Source of the DNA: Stegostoma tigrinum
Lineage: Eukaryota
Reading direction: 5' to 3'
Assembly (NCBI RefSeq): GCF_030684315.1
Contig: NC_081393.1
Location: 11,171,565 to 11,235,564 of the forward strand
Length of the DNA: 64,000 bases
Under the pieces are notes generated by a model. That model did not search any database. It was given only the letters and a program-made list of their open reading frames with translations, and was not told the origin of the DNA. Below, piece after piece: positions 26,340-39,504 of this stretch (position 1 is the stretch's first letter; every line of letters starts with the position of its first letter). The position numbers and the translations under genes were made by a program.

Positions 26340-27910
26340 AGAAAGTCAGGAGCAGAGCTGAGTATGGTGGCCATTACCAAGGAGAAAGTGCTAGAAAAAC
26401 TGAATGGCCTGAAGGTGGATAAATCACCTGGACCAGGTAGACTACACCCCAGAGTTCTAAAGGAGATAGCTGAAGAGATACTGGATGCGTTAGTGGTGAT
26501 CTTTCAGGAATCACTAGAGTCAGGGAGGGTCCCAGAGGACTGAAAAATCGCTAATGTGACACCCCTGTTTAAAAAGGGATTAAGGCGAAAGACGGAAAAT
26601 TATAGGCCGATCAGCCTAACCTCAGCGGTGGGTAAGATTTTGGAGTCCATTGTAAAGGATGAGATTTCTGAATATTTGCAAGTGTATGGAAAAATAGGTC
26701 AGCACAGCTTCATCAAGGGGAGGTCATTCCTGAAAAATCTCTGGAATTCTTTGAGGACGTAACGAGCAGGGGAGACAAAGGACAGCCAATGCATGTTATC
26801 TACCTGGACTTCAAGAAGGCCTTTGACAAGGTGCCGCGCATGAGGCTGCTGAGTAAGATAAGGGCCCATGGTGTTAGAGGCAAGGTGCCAGCATGGATAG
26901 AAGATTGGCTGTCTGGCAGAAAGCAGAGAGTGGGAATAAAAGGGTCATTTTCAGAATGGCAGCCGGTGACAAGTGGTGTTTCGCAAAGGTCAGTGTTGGG
27001 GCCACAACTTTTCACTTTATACCTTAATGATCTAAATGAAGGAACTATGGGCATTCTGGCTAAGTTGTCAGATGATATGAAGATAGGCAGAGGGATAGAT
27101 AGTATTGAGGAGGTGGGGAGGCTGTGGCAGGATTTGGACAGGTTAGGAAAGTGGGCAAAGAAGTGGCAGATGGAGTACAGTGTGGGAAAGTGTGAGGTCG
27201 TGCACTTCAGTAAGAAGAATAAAAGCATGGGCTATTTTCAAAATGGGGAGAAAAATTCAGAAGTCTGAACTGCAAAGAGACTCGGGAGTTCTTGTCCAGG
27301 ATTCTCTCAAGGTAAACTTGCAGGCTGAGTCAGTAGCCAGGAAGGCAAATGCAATGTTGGCATTTATTTTGAGAGGACTTGAATATAAAAGCAGCGATGT
27401 CCTACTGAGGCTTTATAAGGCTCTGGTCGGGCCACATTTGGAGTATTGTGTGCAGTTTTGGGCCCTATATCTCAGGAAAGATGCACTGGCCCTGGAGCGG
27501 GTTCACGAGAATGGTCCCCGGAATGAAAAGCTTAACAGGAATGTTTGAGGACTCTGCGTCTATACTCATTGGAGTTCAGAAGGATTAGGGAGGATCAAAT
27601 TGGAACTTACAGGATACTGAATGGCTTGGACAGAGTGGATGTTGGGAAGATGTTTCTATTGGTAAGGGAGACGAGGACCTGAGGGCACAGCCTTAGAGTA
27701 AAGGGAAACCTTTTGGAACAGAGATAAGGAGAATCTTCAGCCTCGGAAGGTTGTGGAGGCCAGGTGATTGAGATAGATTCTTGATTGTAAAGGGCATCAA
27801 GGGTTACAGGGAGAAAGCGGGAGAGTGGGGTTAAGAAACTTATTAGCCATGATTGGATGGCAGAGCAGTCTCGATGGGCTGAACGGCCTAATTTCTGCTG
27901 TTATGTCTTC
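26340..27910 (+). mobile_element. CR1 LINE ORF2 (RT) plus 3' end, 5'-truncated and frameshifted
   Basis: KSPGP..HPRVLKE, NYRPISLTS, YLDFKKAFDKVP, SGVSQ.SVLGP.LF, LSDDMKIG, LEYCVQFW motifs spread over broken frames. Confidence 0.92.
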
Positions 27911-28234
27911 TTGAGTTTCCTAGTGGAAAAGCAGAAGTCTGCAGGTCCTGAAAATCTGAAGTAAAATCAAAAAATGCTGAATGTACTCAACAGGTTAGGC
28001 AGCATTTGTGGAAAGAGAAATATACTCCACATTGCAGATCAATGACCTTGCATGAGAATTGGGAAAAGTTACAGATGCAGTCGTGTTTGAGCAAGGGGTG
28101 GAAGGAACAAGGACAATGGAAGGTTTCTGTTGGGGATGCCAGAGAAGCTAGACTGAGAAATAGAAGAGTGAGTCTTACAGGACTGAGTAAAATGCTACCA
28201 ATAAGGAAAGAAACAGAACTTAGTTCAATTTAAT

Positions 28235-28510
28235 GTAATGTATTCACTGTTCACAATGTCATCTCCTTGACATTGGGGCTATCAAATGCAGATTGGGTGA
28301 GCACTTTTGCAGGTTGAATGGTGATGTTCTCCATTGTGACCTTGAACTTCTAGTCACTTGTTATATTAATTCTACACCTTACCCTCATTCTGACATCTTG
28401 GTCCATGTCTTGCTGTTGGTAAAGCTCAATGTAAACTTGAGGAATCAGACCCTAAATTTTAATTGAGCTCTTTCAACCTTCTGGGCTCACCAATTAATTG
28501 AACAATTAGA
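28235..28510 (+). mobile_element. Penelope-like GIY-YIG endonuclease relic
   Basis: Decayed equivalent of the ...KLEEQ.LIF.LG.LQP.GLN endonuclease end; similar to 63400-63610. Confidence 0.5.
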
Positions 28511-28792
28511 GATGGCGGAGTTGGATACAACAGCAGTGTTTGAGAGGCATCTTGGCAGATACATGAATGGGCAGGGAAAAGAAGAATGCATAGAGGCAGT
28601 TTAGAGAGGTGACATGTGTCAGTACAGTCTGGGTGGTCTGACGGGCTTGTTTCTGTGCTGCACTGTATTGTGCTTTGTTCTAATGTCTGACTGTAAACTC
28701 TCCCTCTTCGGTTTGTTTGTGTCTCTCTGCAGGTTTCAGATTTTCTTATTTTACGCTTTCAGACAACAGCAGTCTTGCTCTTAGCACTTTTG

Positions 28793-28822
28793 TTTGATTG
28801 TTTGTTTGTTTGTTTGTTTGTT
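28793..28822 (+). repeat. (GTTT)n microsatellite
   Basis: tttgattgtttgtttgtttgtttgtttgtt. Confidence 0.8.
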
Positions 28823-29026
28823 GTTTTTGTCATGCCACTGTTCCTTTGTCATCAGATTGTCACCACAACTGTTAAATGGGAACCAAACACTAGTGCATTA
28901 ATCTGACCCGAAAGACATGCATTTGAAAACACCATGTATGTCAGTCTTTTTTTTACACTGTATTCCTGCAGCATCCCCGAGAGAGGGATTTTCCCATTTA
29001 TTTTGAAGACCTTGTTTTCTTGTTAA

Positions 29027-29170
<144 letters not shown>

Positions 29171-29869
29171 TGAATTGGATATAATTAATTGCAGCAGTTC
29201 CCAAAAGATAGCTTAGACTCAGTCCCCTCAACTTGGAAGTAACTCAGCTGATGTGATATGTGTTGTCCTCGGTATGCCAACTGAGTGCGTAAATTAATTC
29301 CAAGATGCTAATCAACCGAAGCAGTTACTATCTCAGTTTCTCTTTTAAGACCAAGCATAACAGCAAGCTAAGGCTGTTCTAGTCAGATTGACAAGGACTC
29401 GGAATAATGTGACACAACATATCACAAGCTGCTCAACCTGAGAAATGACGCTTGTCTATTTTATACCATGGTCGCAGTCAAACCAGATGACATTTGAGTT
29501 TTCCATTCAGAATGGTTCTGTCCTGTCTCATGGGTGGACAATTGATTAGGAATCTTTTACAATTTGCCATATGATGCTGGCCAAAAAGGGAAGTCTGTGG
29601 TCAGCCATGTAATGGGAAATGGGTATTGTTAGAGCAAGAGGTGGATTTCTTGGAAAAGGTGAGCTTGGAAAATACGATGAGCAGCCATAGAAGAAACCTA
29701 GTATCTGATGAATTTCAAGGCTATTTGGAGACTAAATCTAAGAATTCTGCCTTGGGTTCCTGACATTTTTTAGAAGCAGTTTAATTGCACCAGAGAAACA
29801 GATTTGGGAAGTTGGCTAAATCCACACATTGACATTTTGCCAAAAACAATCTTGACTGTTTGTCTCTTT

Positions 29870-30079
29870 CTGGATACAGTCAGATGCTGGAGAATCTGAG
29901 ATAACAAGGTGTAGAGCTGGATGAACACAGCAGGCCAAGCAGCGTCAGAGGAGCAGGAAGGCTGACGTTACGGGCCTAGAAGGGTCTAGGCCCGAAACGT
30001 CAGCTTTCCTGCTCCTCTGATGCTGCTAGGCCTGCTGTGTTCATCCAGCTCTACACCTTGTTATCCTGGATACAGTCAG
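29870..30079. mobile_element. Penelope-derived palindromic mini element with 14-bp TSD
   Basis: ~81-bp arms (29900-29980 and 29985-30065) inverted around a 4-nt spacer; ctggatacagtcag on both flanks. Confidence 0.85.
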
Positions 30080-31443
30080 TTCCTTTTTGATTTGTAGTTT
30101 TAGATTGATTGGCTGTATCTCTGGATGTTGTCTGTTGATTATATATTGTCTCTCTGTCTTTTCCACTGGCTAGTAAAGAAGAACTCAAAGCATGGGGTAT
30201 AGAAACAACTGAGGTTCCAGTACTCACCGTAGCCCATGATCTTTGGTGTCCCCTGATGACGTGTGTTCATGCCCCACTGTCCACATCCACGTCTGTACCC
30301 CATTCTCAATCCGAACCAAAATGTGACATATTTGGCATGTTGTTTGACTTTAGCTGAGCCTCACATTGGCCATTCTACATATCACTATTGCGTTGTACTC
30401 GAGTGCCCTTCCTAAATGTAAGTGTGTTCAAACCTCAGCTAACACAAATTTGGTCCTTTTACAGAACACTCTCCTTGCTGACCAATAGTTTGACTCACAT
30501 TACATTCTCTAAGTCCTGAATCCATGGTTGAATCTGTTCGAAGACTGCCAAACAGACCACCTTCCATGAGCTCTTTCAGTTGCGAATTGCCAGAAAAATG
30601 CAGAAAACACCAATTCCACTGCTTCTCTCAGATCAGATGGGCAGTTTTTGTAGTCTAATGATATAATGATCGGGGAACTGCTTAACCCCCTTGCAGAATG
30701 TTCCCCAGCCCATTTTTATGTTAAAAGAACAGCACGCAAAAGAAAAAGGCTCTTGTGAACATGTGGATCATCAGAACATGTGGATCATTAGAACATGGAG
30801 AGTTTTAAGTGAGAAAGGATGAGTCCAGGTTGAGTTGAAGTTTGAAGTTTGAAAAATAAGATTTCCAGTTTTAATCCATCTGTTGAGGCTGTCAGTGAAT
30901 CAGGGACTGGAACTGAAATGAACTGAAGCATCTGAGTGCCCAGTCAATCTCTTCCAATAAGGAGGCTGAATGTGAAATCGTCATTTGATCTTTTCAACTT
31001 CAGCTATGTCTGTTCAAGTTGTGAAGAGCTGAATTCCTGTATATCTACCTTGTGGACCACCCTCCCTTCATGGGAAACCCCACCAATCGGGGTCACCCCA
31101 GCCCAAAGCTTTCCCACAAGAACTCTGCTGATAGCTTTGTTACACTTCCAGTCACAGAAGCTGGGCGTTTTGTTTTTCATGTGCTTTTCTGAGACTATTT
31201 TGAGGTTAAAAATCATTATTAAAAATTCAAAGACTTAATGCGACCTTGGCGAAAACCAGGTCATAGAAAGTGGTCCTTCTAAACTGGCTGAGGAGAATTT
31301 TTGGTAAATAGTAAGTGAGTTGTTCCTGGCATAATGAATGTACTTGGAAGAAATTTACCTTGCAGTCCTCAGTAAAAGAGGACAGATTATTTCTGTGGGG
31401 AGAGTAGAAGTTTAGTTACAACGTTATTTTCCAAATATTTTAG

Positions 31444-31764
31444 GGTATGATATTATATGATGACATCACAGACAGCAAGGACCAAAAATGGAAGAACAAG
31501 GAGCCTGAGATATTTGATAGTTTTGCCAAGTGTTTTTTGATCTTCAAACTGCAGAAGGATGTGGTAAATGTTCTACGTCCGAACACAGCAGGTGATCACG
31601 ACCCTTTGGCAAAGGAAATTGGGCATGGTGGCCGTGCAGAAACATGTGAGCGTGCAACTTATGCCGCAGTGAAGGTTAAAGACTGGAAGGCTGTCAGAGT
31701 GGATCTGGTCACCGCACCCTTCGGCCAGTATGCCTATGCCTTATTAGGATGGACAGGCTCACAG
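31444..31764 (+). CDS. POLM: DNA polymerase mu, coding exon 9 (Loop1, SD1, third catalytic Asp)
   Basis: tttag|GMILYDD...DSFAKCFLIFKL...WKAVRVDLVTAPFGQYAYALLGWTGSQ|gtaagt. Confidence 0.94.
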
Positions 31765-33179
31765 GTAAGTAGAATCATCAGCAGCAAGATCTTTTTGTAC
31801 AACAATTAAACTCAAAATGTAATGATGAAAAATCTAAATGTTAGAGCTGACCAATTTAGAAATTGACCAGGACTGGCTAACATTTGGATCAATTCATTTT
31901 GTGGCTTGAGTTTGAAAACAGTCTGTCTGTCTGTCTTTTCTTTACAAACACTGTTACATGTGCTCTCAGTTTCCAGTATCTTCAGTTTGACGATCTGTAA
32001 GGTGGAATGTGAAGAGATTTTGTTTGTACAGAGTCCCATGGATAATAATATTGAAGCTGTTGATCAGCTGAGAAAAGATGCTTCTTATTCTCAAGATTTT
32101 GTTTTTAGACTCAATATTTTTGGGTTCAAGCCCTGATAGGGCTTGATGTACATAATTTAGGTTGATGGTGAAATAACTACCTTTTTCAGACAGGTTTTTT
32201 TGGTACACCATTAACAAAACAGGACCATCTGCACCTGTTTGTTGAAACTCTGACAATTTTCTGATGCATGTTTAATAAGTGCTGCTTCTCCCAATTTACC
32301 TGCCCAACTCCCCTCACACTTATCACACTGCAAGTGAATAGTTAATTTTGGCTCACAAAACAAAAGTAATAAGTTGGTTTTGCAATGTATCGGAGACTGT
32401 GAAAAAGTGGTACACAACAGAAGATTTTTGGCTGTCGTACGGTTAGTTAACATTAGAGGCATAAAGGTCATTACACACAGAGGTAAGGATTTCCCCAGTT
32501 CAGTGGGAAAGTGCTCATGATTGTTCAGACTTTGTCACAATCTCCATACATTTGCCACTGGCTCCACTCCGGCCATAAGGCTGAACCAAGTCGTTTCCAA
32601 TATCTGCATCTTATTCAACCTTGAATTTCAACGTAATATTCTGTTTATCAGAAAAGCGACTGACTTCCACTTGACTGTTGCAAGTGGCTGCAAGTTCCGT
32701 TGCAATTTGTCTGTTCTAAACACAAAATGCATACTGTTCAAAGTAGACTCAATGTGCACTTTAGTGAGTTGCCTGTGAGCCGCTGACCCTGGAATGTCCA
32801 GTCTCTACGGTTGGTTCAGCACACTGGCAAAACTACCTGTGTCTATCCATGAATAATATGCGCAATTCCTGCGTAAGGTGTGCTGAGATGAATGTGTGGG
32901 CTTAGCTTGCCAATCTCCAATTAGCCCCCAGTGTATTCGCCTTTGAGTGAATTTTGGCAAGGTACCTGACAACCATCAGAATTCAAGACTGGCATGCATC
33001 AAGGGCTTGAGATCACGAAGCAGAGAAAGTTGATTCACTCCACTGGTAGTGGGAGAGAGGGGTGGGCAGAACACTAGTGTTAGAAAGGTGGAAGCCAAGG
33101 AGAGAGGGGTTTGCATTTGAGGGGTGGTGTTGGGAAGGGTGTAAACACCTTGCAAATTCCAAGGAGAGAAAAAATGATT

Positions 33180-33670
33180 CAATAGACAATAGGTGCTGGA
33201 GTAGGCCGTTCGGCCCTTCGAGCCAGCACCACCATTCATTATGATCATGGCTGATCATCCACAATCAGTATCGTGTTCCTGTCTTATCCCCATAACCCTT
33301 GATTCCACTATCTTTAAGAGCTCAATCTATCTCTTTCTTGAAAGTATCCAGAGAGTTGGCCTCCACTGCCTCCTGGGACACAGCATTCCATATATCCACC
33401 ACTCTCTGAAGAAGTTTTTCCTCAACTCTGTTCTAAATGGCCTACCCCTTATTTTTAAACCGTGTCCTCTTGTTCTGGACTCACCCATCAGCGGAAACGT
33501 GCTTCCTGCCTCCAGAGTATCCAATCCCTTAATAATCTTATACGCCTCAATCAGATCCCCTTTCATCCTCCTAAACTGAAGTGTATACGAGCCCAGTCGC
33601 TCCAATCTTTCAACGTATGATAGTCCCTCCATTCCGGGAATTGACCTCGTGAACCTAGACTGCACTCCCT
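33180..33670 (-). mobile_element. CR1 LINE 3' fragment (relatively young)
   Basis: Minus ORF RFTRSIPGMEGLSYVERLERLG...RTRGHGLKIRG...FF and an intact CR1 3' end. Confidence 0.9.
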
Positions 33671-33746
33671 CAAAAAGGGAATCTATTCCTTATGACTTTG
33701 TTTAAATAACTCTTTGTTTCTTGTTTATTTTTGTTGCATTCTGTAG

Positions 33747-33830
33747 CTGTTTGAACGAGACCTAAGAAGATATGCCAAGCACTTCAAACATATGAGTTTG
33801 AGCAGCCATTCTTTATTTGACAATGAACAG
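33747..33830 (+). CDS. POLM: DNA polymerase mu, coding exon 10 (thumb, SD2)
   Basis: tgtag|LFERDLRRYAKHFKHMSLSSHSLFDNEQ|gtagga, 84 nt. Confidence 0.93.
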
Positions 33831-35149
33831 GTAGGAAGAAATTGAATTCCTTGCCTCTGCATCTTCCAAAAAATCTTCAAGTCAAATCCGTGGTTATCCC
33901 TGAAATGCTGTGACTGTTCAATCAGCGGAGACTTGTTGGGTTGAATCGCCCCCTTCCGTGTTTTCTGATTCTCAGTGATACCATGTCATAGTATTCCATA
34001 GAACCAAAGTAAAGTTTGGTAAAGAGGCCATTCAACCATTGTGTCCATGCTGTTTGTGGCAAGCATCTGTCTTTCCTAATGTTACCTTGTACACCCTAGT
34101 AGACAGCTTGGCGCATTGGAGCAATTCAGGTGCATATTCAGCATCCTTTTAAATCAATTGAAGGCTTCCATCTCAACAGGCGGCAAATTCTGGGCTGCAA
34201 AGGATGAATAGATAATTGCTCACATCACCTCTAATCCTTCCACCAATCACTTTAAATCTATGTCCCGCAGTAATTGGCCACACACCTAAGGGTAACAGGT
34301 CTCTCTCTATTCTGTCTAAGCCCTTCATTGTTTGTGAAGCTGTCAATTTTACAGCAATACTTGCTGACATAATCGAGTGTTACTGTAAGGCAGTCAATAT
34401 TCCAATCTGTTAAACAGGCCTGTTCAACTCGGAAAGGAAACACTCCATCCTGGCCAAAGGAATTAACCAACAAAATAATCCAATCTATACAGAACTCCAG
34501 TTTTGAAAACTAATTGTTGCTTTTATAGGTATCACTGTTCATTCAATGACTGGTTCAAAATTCTGATATTCTTCCTGAATAAAACAGCAGGTGTTCAGGA
34601 AGGCAGCTCAGTACTACCTTGTCAAAGGCAGTTCGCAGGTGATCCTTAGACCCTAACAAGAAATATTTCTCAAAAATCTCCTGTAAATGCCAATAATTTT
34701 CCAACAGGTGATAGTTCTAGTATCATGGATTTCCTTGATAAATTGTGCAGTGATTGAAGTGACATTCGGTGAGTGTGTTGTACGTTTTTTTTGTGTAACT
34801 TTTTAAAAAGCATAGTTTGCTGTTGTGAGTTGCTCACTACGACAGCTGGTAGCACTTTTGACTTTGTCAGAAGTTAACTGGAAAGTTGCATTCTAGGAAC
34901 ATGAGCACATGATCCAGGCTGTGCTGCAATGAGGGAGTGTTGCATGTACAGATGTAACGATCATGTAAATGATGGCACCTCTAAAGAATGAAACAGGACA
35001 TGGTCCACAGACAAAAACAGCCAATACAATATTTCAGGACTGTTTCTCCCCAGTATTGTGTGTTAATGATAGAGTAGACTGGAGTTTGTATTAAACTATT
35101 AATGCAAATCAACATTAGTGGAGGACAGACTGACTCCTGCTTCCTGCTT

Positions 35150-35561
<412 letters not shown>

Positions 35562-36050
35562 TGGGCTGAGTTCAAGTCATCAGAGTCCCGAGAGTAAACA
35601 GTGAGGACAACTTCACTGATCTCTCTGACAAATGCACATTGCAAATTTGTAACTGGACATTTAAAACCAAGTAAAAATTGGTCATTCACCTGTGTTTGGT
35701 TTTATATGGCTAGCGCACATCTCCCGTCTGATATTTTGTAGAATTGGTGAGTTCCATTTTGATCAATTTAGTATCCTTTCACATGTTTCTGTCATGCATC
35801 CATATACTCAGCTGTTGGCTGATCCAAACTCTTTATGAATCAGAACCTCTGTTTTTGTGTCAGAAGCCGTGAATTAACATCCCACTCCAGTGACTTGAGC
35901 ACAAAATCTTAGCTGCTACTTTTTTGAGATAAGAATTTAAGCATCTGCCCTCTCTGGTGTACGTTAACAACCTCCAAGTTGGAAAAAGAAGATGGTAGCT
36001 TTGCTTGATGACATTGTAAATCTTGATCTGAAATTACTATCACTGAACAA

Positions 36051-36056
36051 AATAAA
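36051..36056 (+). terminator. Candidate POLM polyadenylation signal (AATAAA)
   Basis: AATAAA about 490 nt after the stop codon, followed by a T-rich downstream tract. Confidence 0.45.
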
Positions 36057-36619
36057 TATCTTGGATTTCTTTGCAATTATTTTTGTAATGAATTTCCTGT
36101 ATAAGTCATGACAGTTGAGGAACTTTATTGACTGGCCACAGGTTTGGAGCCTGTGAAAGAAGCCATACCAATGTAATATCTTAACTGTATAGTCATAGAG
36201 TGACATGGAACCTGAACAATCCAGTGATGATACGATCACAGCCACTATTCTCTTGTTCGCACTCCCGTGTCTGAAGTGATGCTAGAAAAAGAGTCAATGA
36301 TAACTTTCTGGATTAAGCCTTGTTGGAAATATTTACAGGGCTGGGGTAGAAGAGACAGCTTGGCACTAATTGGACAGCTGTTATAAGAGCTGCCACTGGC
36401 ACAGAGGACTGCATGATGTCCTCTGGGCTGGATCATTTTACATGACGTTTGTTTGATACTATTTTAATCAAATGTAGTAGTTGATTGACATTTTTTTGGA
36501 ATTCAAATTCCACCATCTGCTATTGGTGGGATTTGAATCCATATCCCCAGAACATTACCTGAGTCTGTAGATTAGTTGTCCCATGATGTAGCCTTTTCAG
36601 AGGCGAGGATGGCCTTGTG

Positions 36620-39495
36620 CCATCAAGAGCCAGTCACAGAATAGGAACACTGGGCTGAGTGACTGTCCTCCTGATTCCCCAAAGCCTATCCACCATCTCC
36701 AAGGCAGAGGTCAGGAGTGTGTTGGATTACACCCCACTTGCCTGGACAAGAACAGCTCTAACAAAACTGAAGGAGCTTGACAATATCCAAGACCAAGCAG
36801 CTTGCATGATGAGTACTACATACACCACCTTAAACATTAACTCCATTCACCACAAGTACATCACCAATACAGTGTGATTGCATTGCATACCATCTGCAAG
36901 ACACATTGCCACAATTCGCTATGGGCTTGTCAAACTCTCAAGCTGTGCCATCACGGAGGACAGAGTAACACATACGGGACCATCAGCAGCAAGGTCCCCT
37001 TCAACTTGCACACTGTACGGATGTAGAACCATATTGTTACTCTGTCAGTGCTACAGGGTTAAATGTCAGAAGTTACTTCCATATAGCGTTGTGGGAGGAT
37101 CTATGTCCCATGGACAAGTGTTTCAAGAAGATACCTCACTGTCAGTTTGACCAGAGCAATTCAGGCTGAACAATGAAAGCTAGCCTAGCCAATGATAACA
37201 CTTGCCATGAATGAATCTAAGAAAAGACAGCTAAACTGTCGGACCATATATAACAGAACGGATGAGGTAATGACCGTCAAGTCCAAAGAACATAGCTGTC
37301 CCCTGGTGTCTGACTTCTAAATTGGGCTATTGGGTTACACACAACTAGATTTGGATGGGATGGTAACTTAGAGCTGCCCACCAGACTGGGGCGACAGATT
37401 GCAAACCAGACAACTCAGCAGGAGGGGTGGAACTGGCCAAATATACACTTGTACAAGTAAGGAATGCCTTGCATTTGTTTGTTTCCTCATCTGAAGACTA
37501 TACAGAATTGAACTGTTCTCATGACTGCGTCGATCAAGGATTTTCTTTGACAAAAGTATATTTTCGGAAGAAGTAAGAATTGGCCACCTGTTATAGATAA
37601 CTGGCGTGTAGGTGCTGACTGACTGTTCTTTGGATCCCTGATACCACTTAGCCCTTCTGAAGAAGCAGCTCTCCATTCCTCAGAGATATCCCTACCTTCG
37701 TGAGGGATGCCAAAACCTTTGCTCCGAGACAAACACCCACTTTGTTCAGGAGTCATTCATCATCCCTGGGTAGTGGTGGCACGGGGTGAGAAAACCAACA
37801 AGTTGCAGATGCATATGCTATTTGAAAGTATGGGTAAGAGTGATCACCTCACAGTCCTTGTGGAGATGAAATCCTGCTTTCCCATTGAGAATACCCTCCA
37901 TTGTGTGGCACTGTCACTGTGCTAAAATGGGATAGATTTCACATAGATCTAGCAAATCATGAGGAACTATGGGCCATCCAAGGCAGCAGAATTGTAGTCC
38001 AGTACAATCTGCAACCTCGTGGTCTGGCATATCCCCCCAACTCAACCATGACAATCAAACCAGGGGTTGAGCCCTGGTTCAATGGACAGTGCAAGAGTGA
38101 CCAACACCAGGCATACCTGAAGATGAGGCATTAACCTGGTGAAGCTACCAACAGGACTACTTGCATGCAAAACAGCATGAGCAGCAAGTAATGGATAGAG
38201 CTAAGCAATCCCACAACCAACAGATCAGATCTAAGCTCTGCAGTCCTGCCACGTCCAGACACGAATGGTGGTGGACAGTTGAACAGCTCACTGGAAGACG
38301 AGGCTCCAGAAATATCCCCAATCCTCAATGTTGGAACAGCCCAACATATAACTGCAAAAGACAAGTGGGTGATCCATGTTGGCCTCCTCCAATGGTTCCC
38401 AGAATTACAGATATCAATCTCAAGCCAGTTTGATTCATTGACATGATATTGAGAAACAGTTGGAGGCATTGGATACTGCAAAGGCTATGGGCACTGACAA
38501 TATTCCAATAATTGTATTTAACAAATTGTGCTCCAGAACTTGTCGCTCCCCTAGCCAAGCTGTTCCAGTGCAGTTACGACACTGGCATCTACCCAGCAAT
38601 GTGTCCAAGTACGTGCTATACACACAAAGCAGGACAAATCCACCCCAGTCACTTACTGCCCCATCAGTCTTCTCTCGATCATCAGAGAGGGCATGGAAGG
38701 TGTCAATAACAGTTTGGGTTCTACCGGGACTATTCAGCTCTTGACCTCATTGTGAAGTTGATGCAAATGTGGACAAAAGGGGTGAATTGCAGGTGAGAGT
38801 GACAACTCTTGACATCAAGGTTGATTTTGACTGACTGTAGCATCAGGGAGACTGAGCAAAACAAGATTCAATGGGTTTCAGGGCAAACTCACTGTGGGTT
38901 GGAGTCATACCTGACACATAGGAAGATAATTGTGGTTGTTGAAGGTCAGTCATCTCACCTAAAGGACATCTCTGCACAAGTGCCTCAGGATAAGGTAGCA
39001 CCTTTGGCTCCTTCATCAGTGAGATCTTCCCTCCATCCACAGGTCAGAGCCAGGGATATTTGGCGATGACTGCACAAAGTTAGGTGTTGTTTGTGACTCC
39101 TCAGATACTGAACTGTGTATGCTTAAATGCAACAAGATCTGGACAATATCTAGTCTTGGGCTGACAAGTGGCAAGTAACATTAACGCCAGTCATTCCAGG
39201 CAATGAACATTTCCGACAAGAGACAAAGTAATCACTTCCTTTTGACATTCAATGGTGTTACCATCACTGAATTCCCCACTATCAATTTCCTAGGGGTTAC
39301 CATTGACCAGAAACTCACCTGGACTCGCCACACAAACACAGTGGCTACAAGAGCAGGCCAGAAGCTCGGAGTACTGCAGCGAGTACTCACCTTCGGACTC
39401 CCCACAGCCTGCCCATCATCTATGAAGAACATGCCAGGAATGCAATGGAATACTCCCTACTTGCCCGGATGAGTACACCTGGGATGACAATTGAG
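36620..39495 (+). mobile_element. Decayed non-LTR retrotransposon(s) of the CR1/L2 group
   Basis: LDTAKAMG.DNIP, CAPEL.APLAKLFQ.SYDTGIYP and LGVTIDQKL.W remnants; the sequence resumes after the Rex1 insertion at ~42615-42760. Confidence 0.75.
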
Positions 39496-39504
39496 ACCGC
39501 TTCC

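Noticed and set aside
30765-30798. Short tandem repeat (gaacatgtggatca x2-3) as an array
   Set aside because: Simple local tandem duplication with no spacers; CRISPR or other prokaryotic systems are not applicable to this vertebrate locus.
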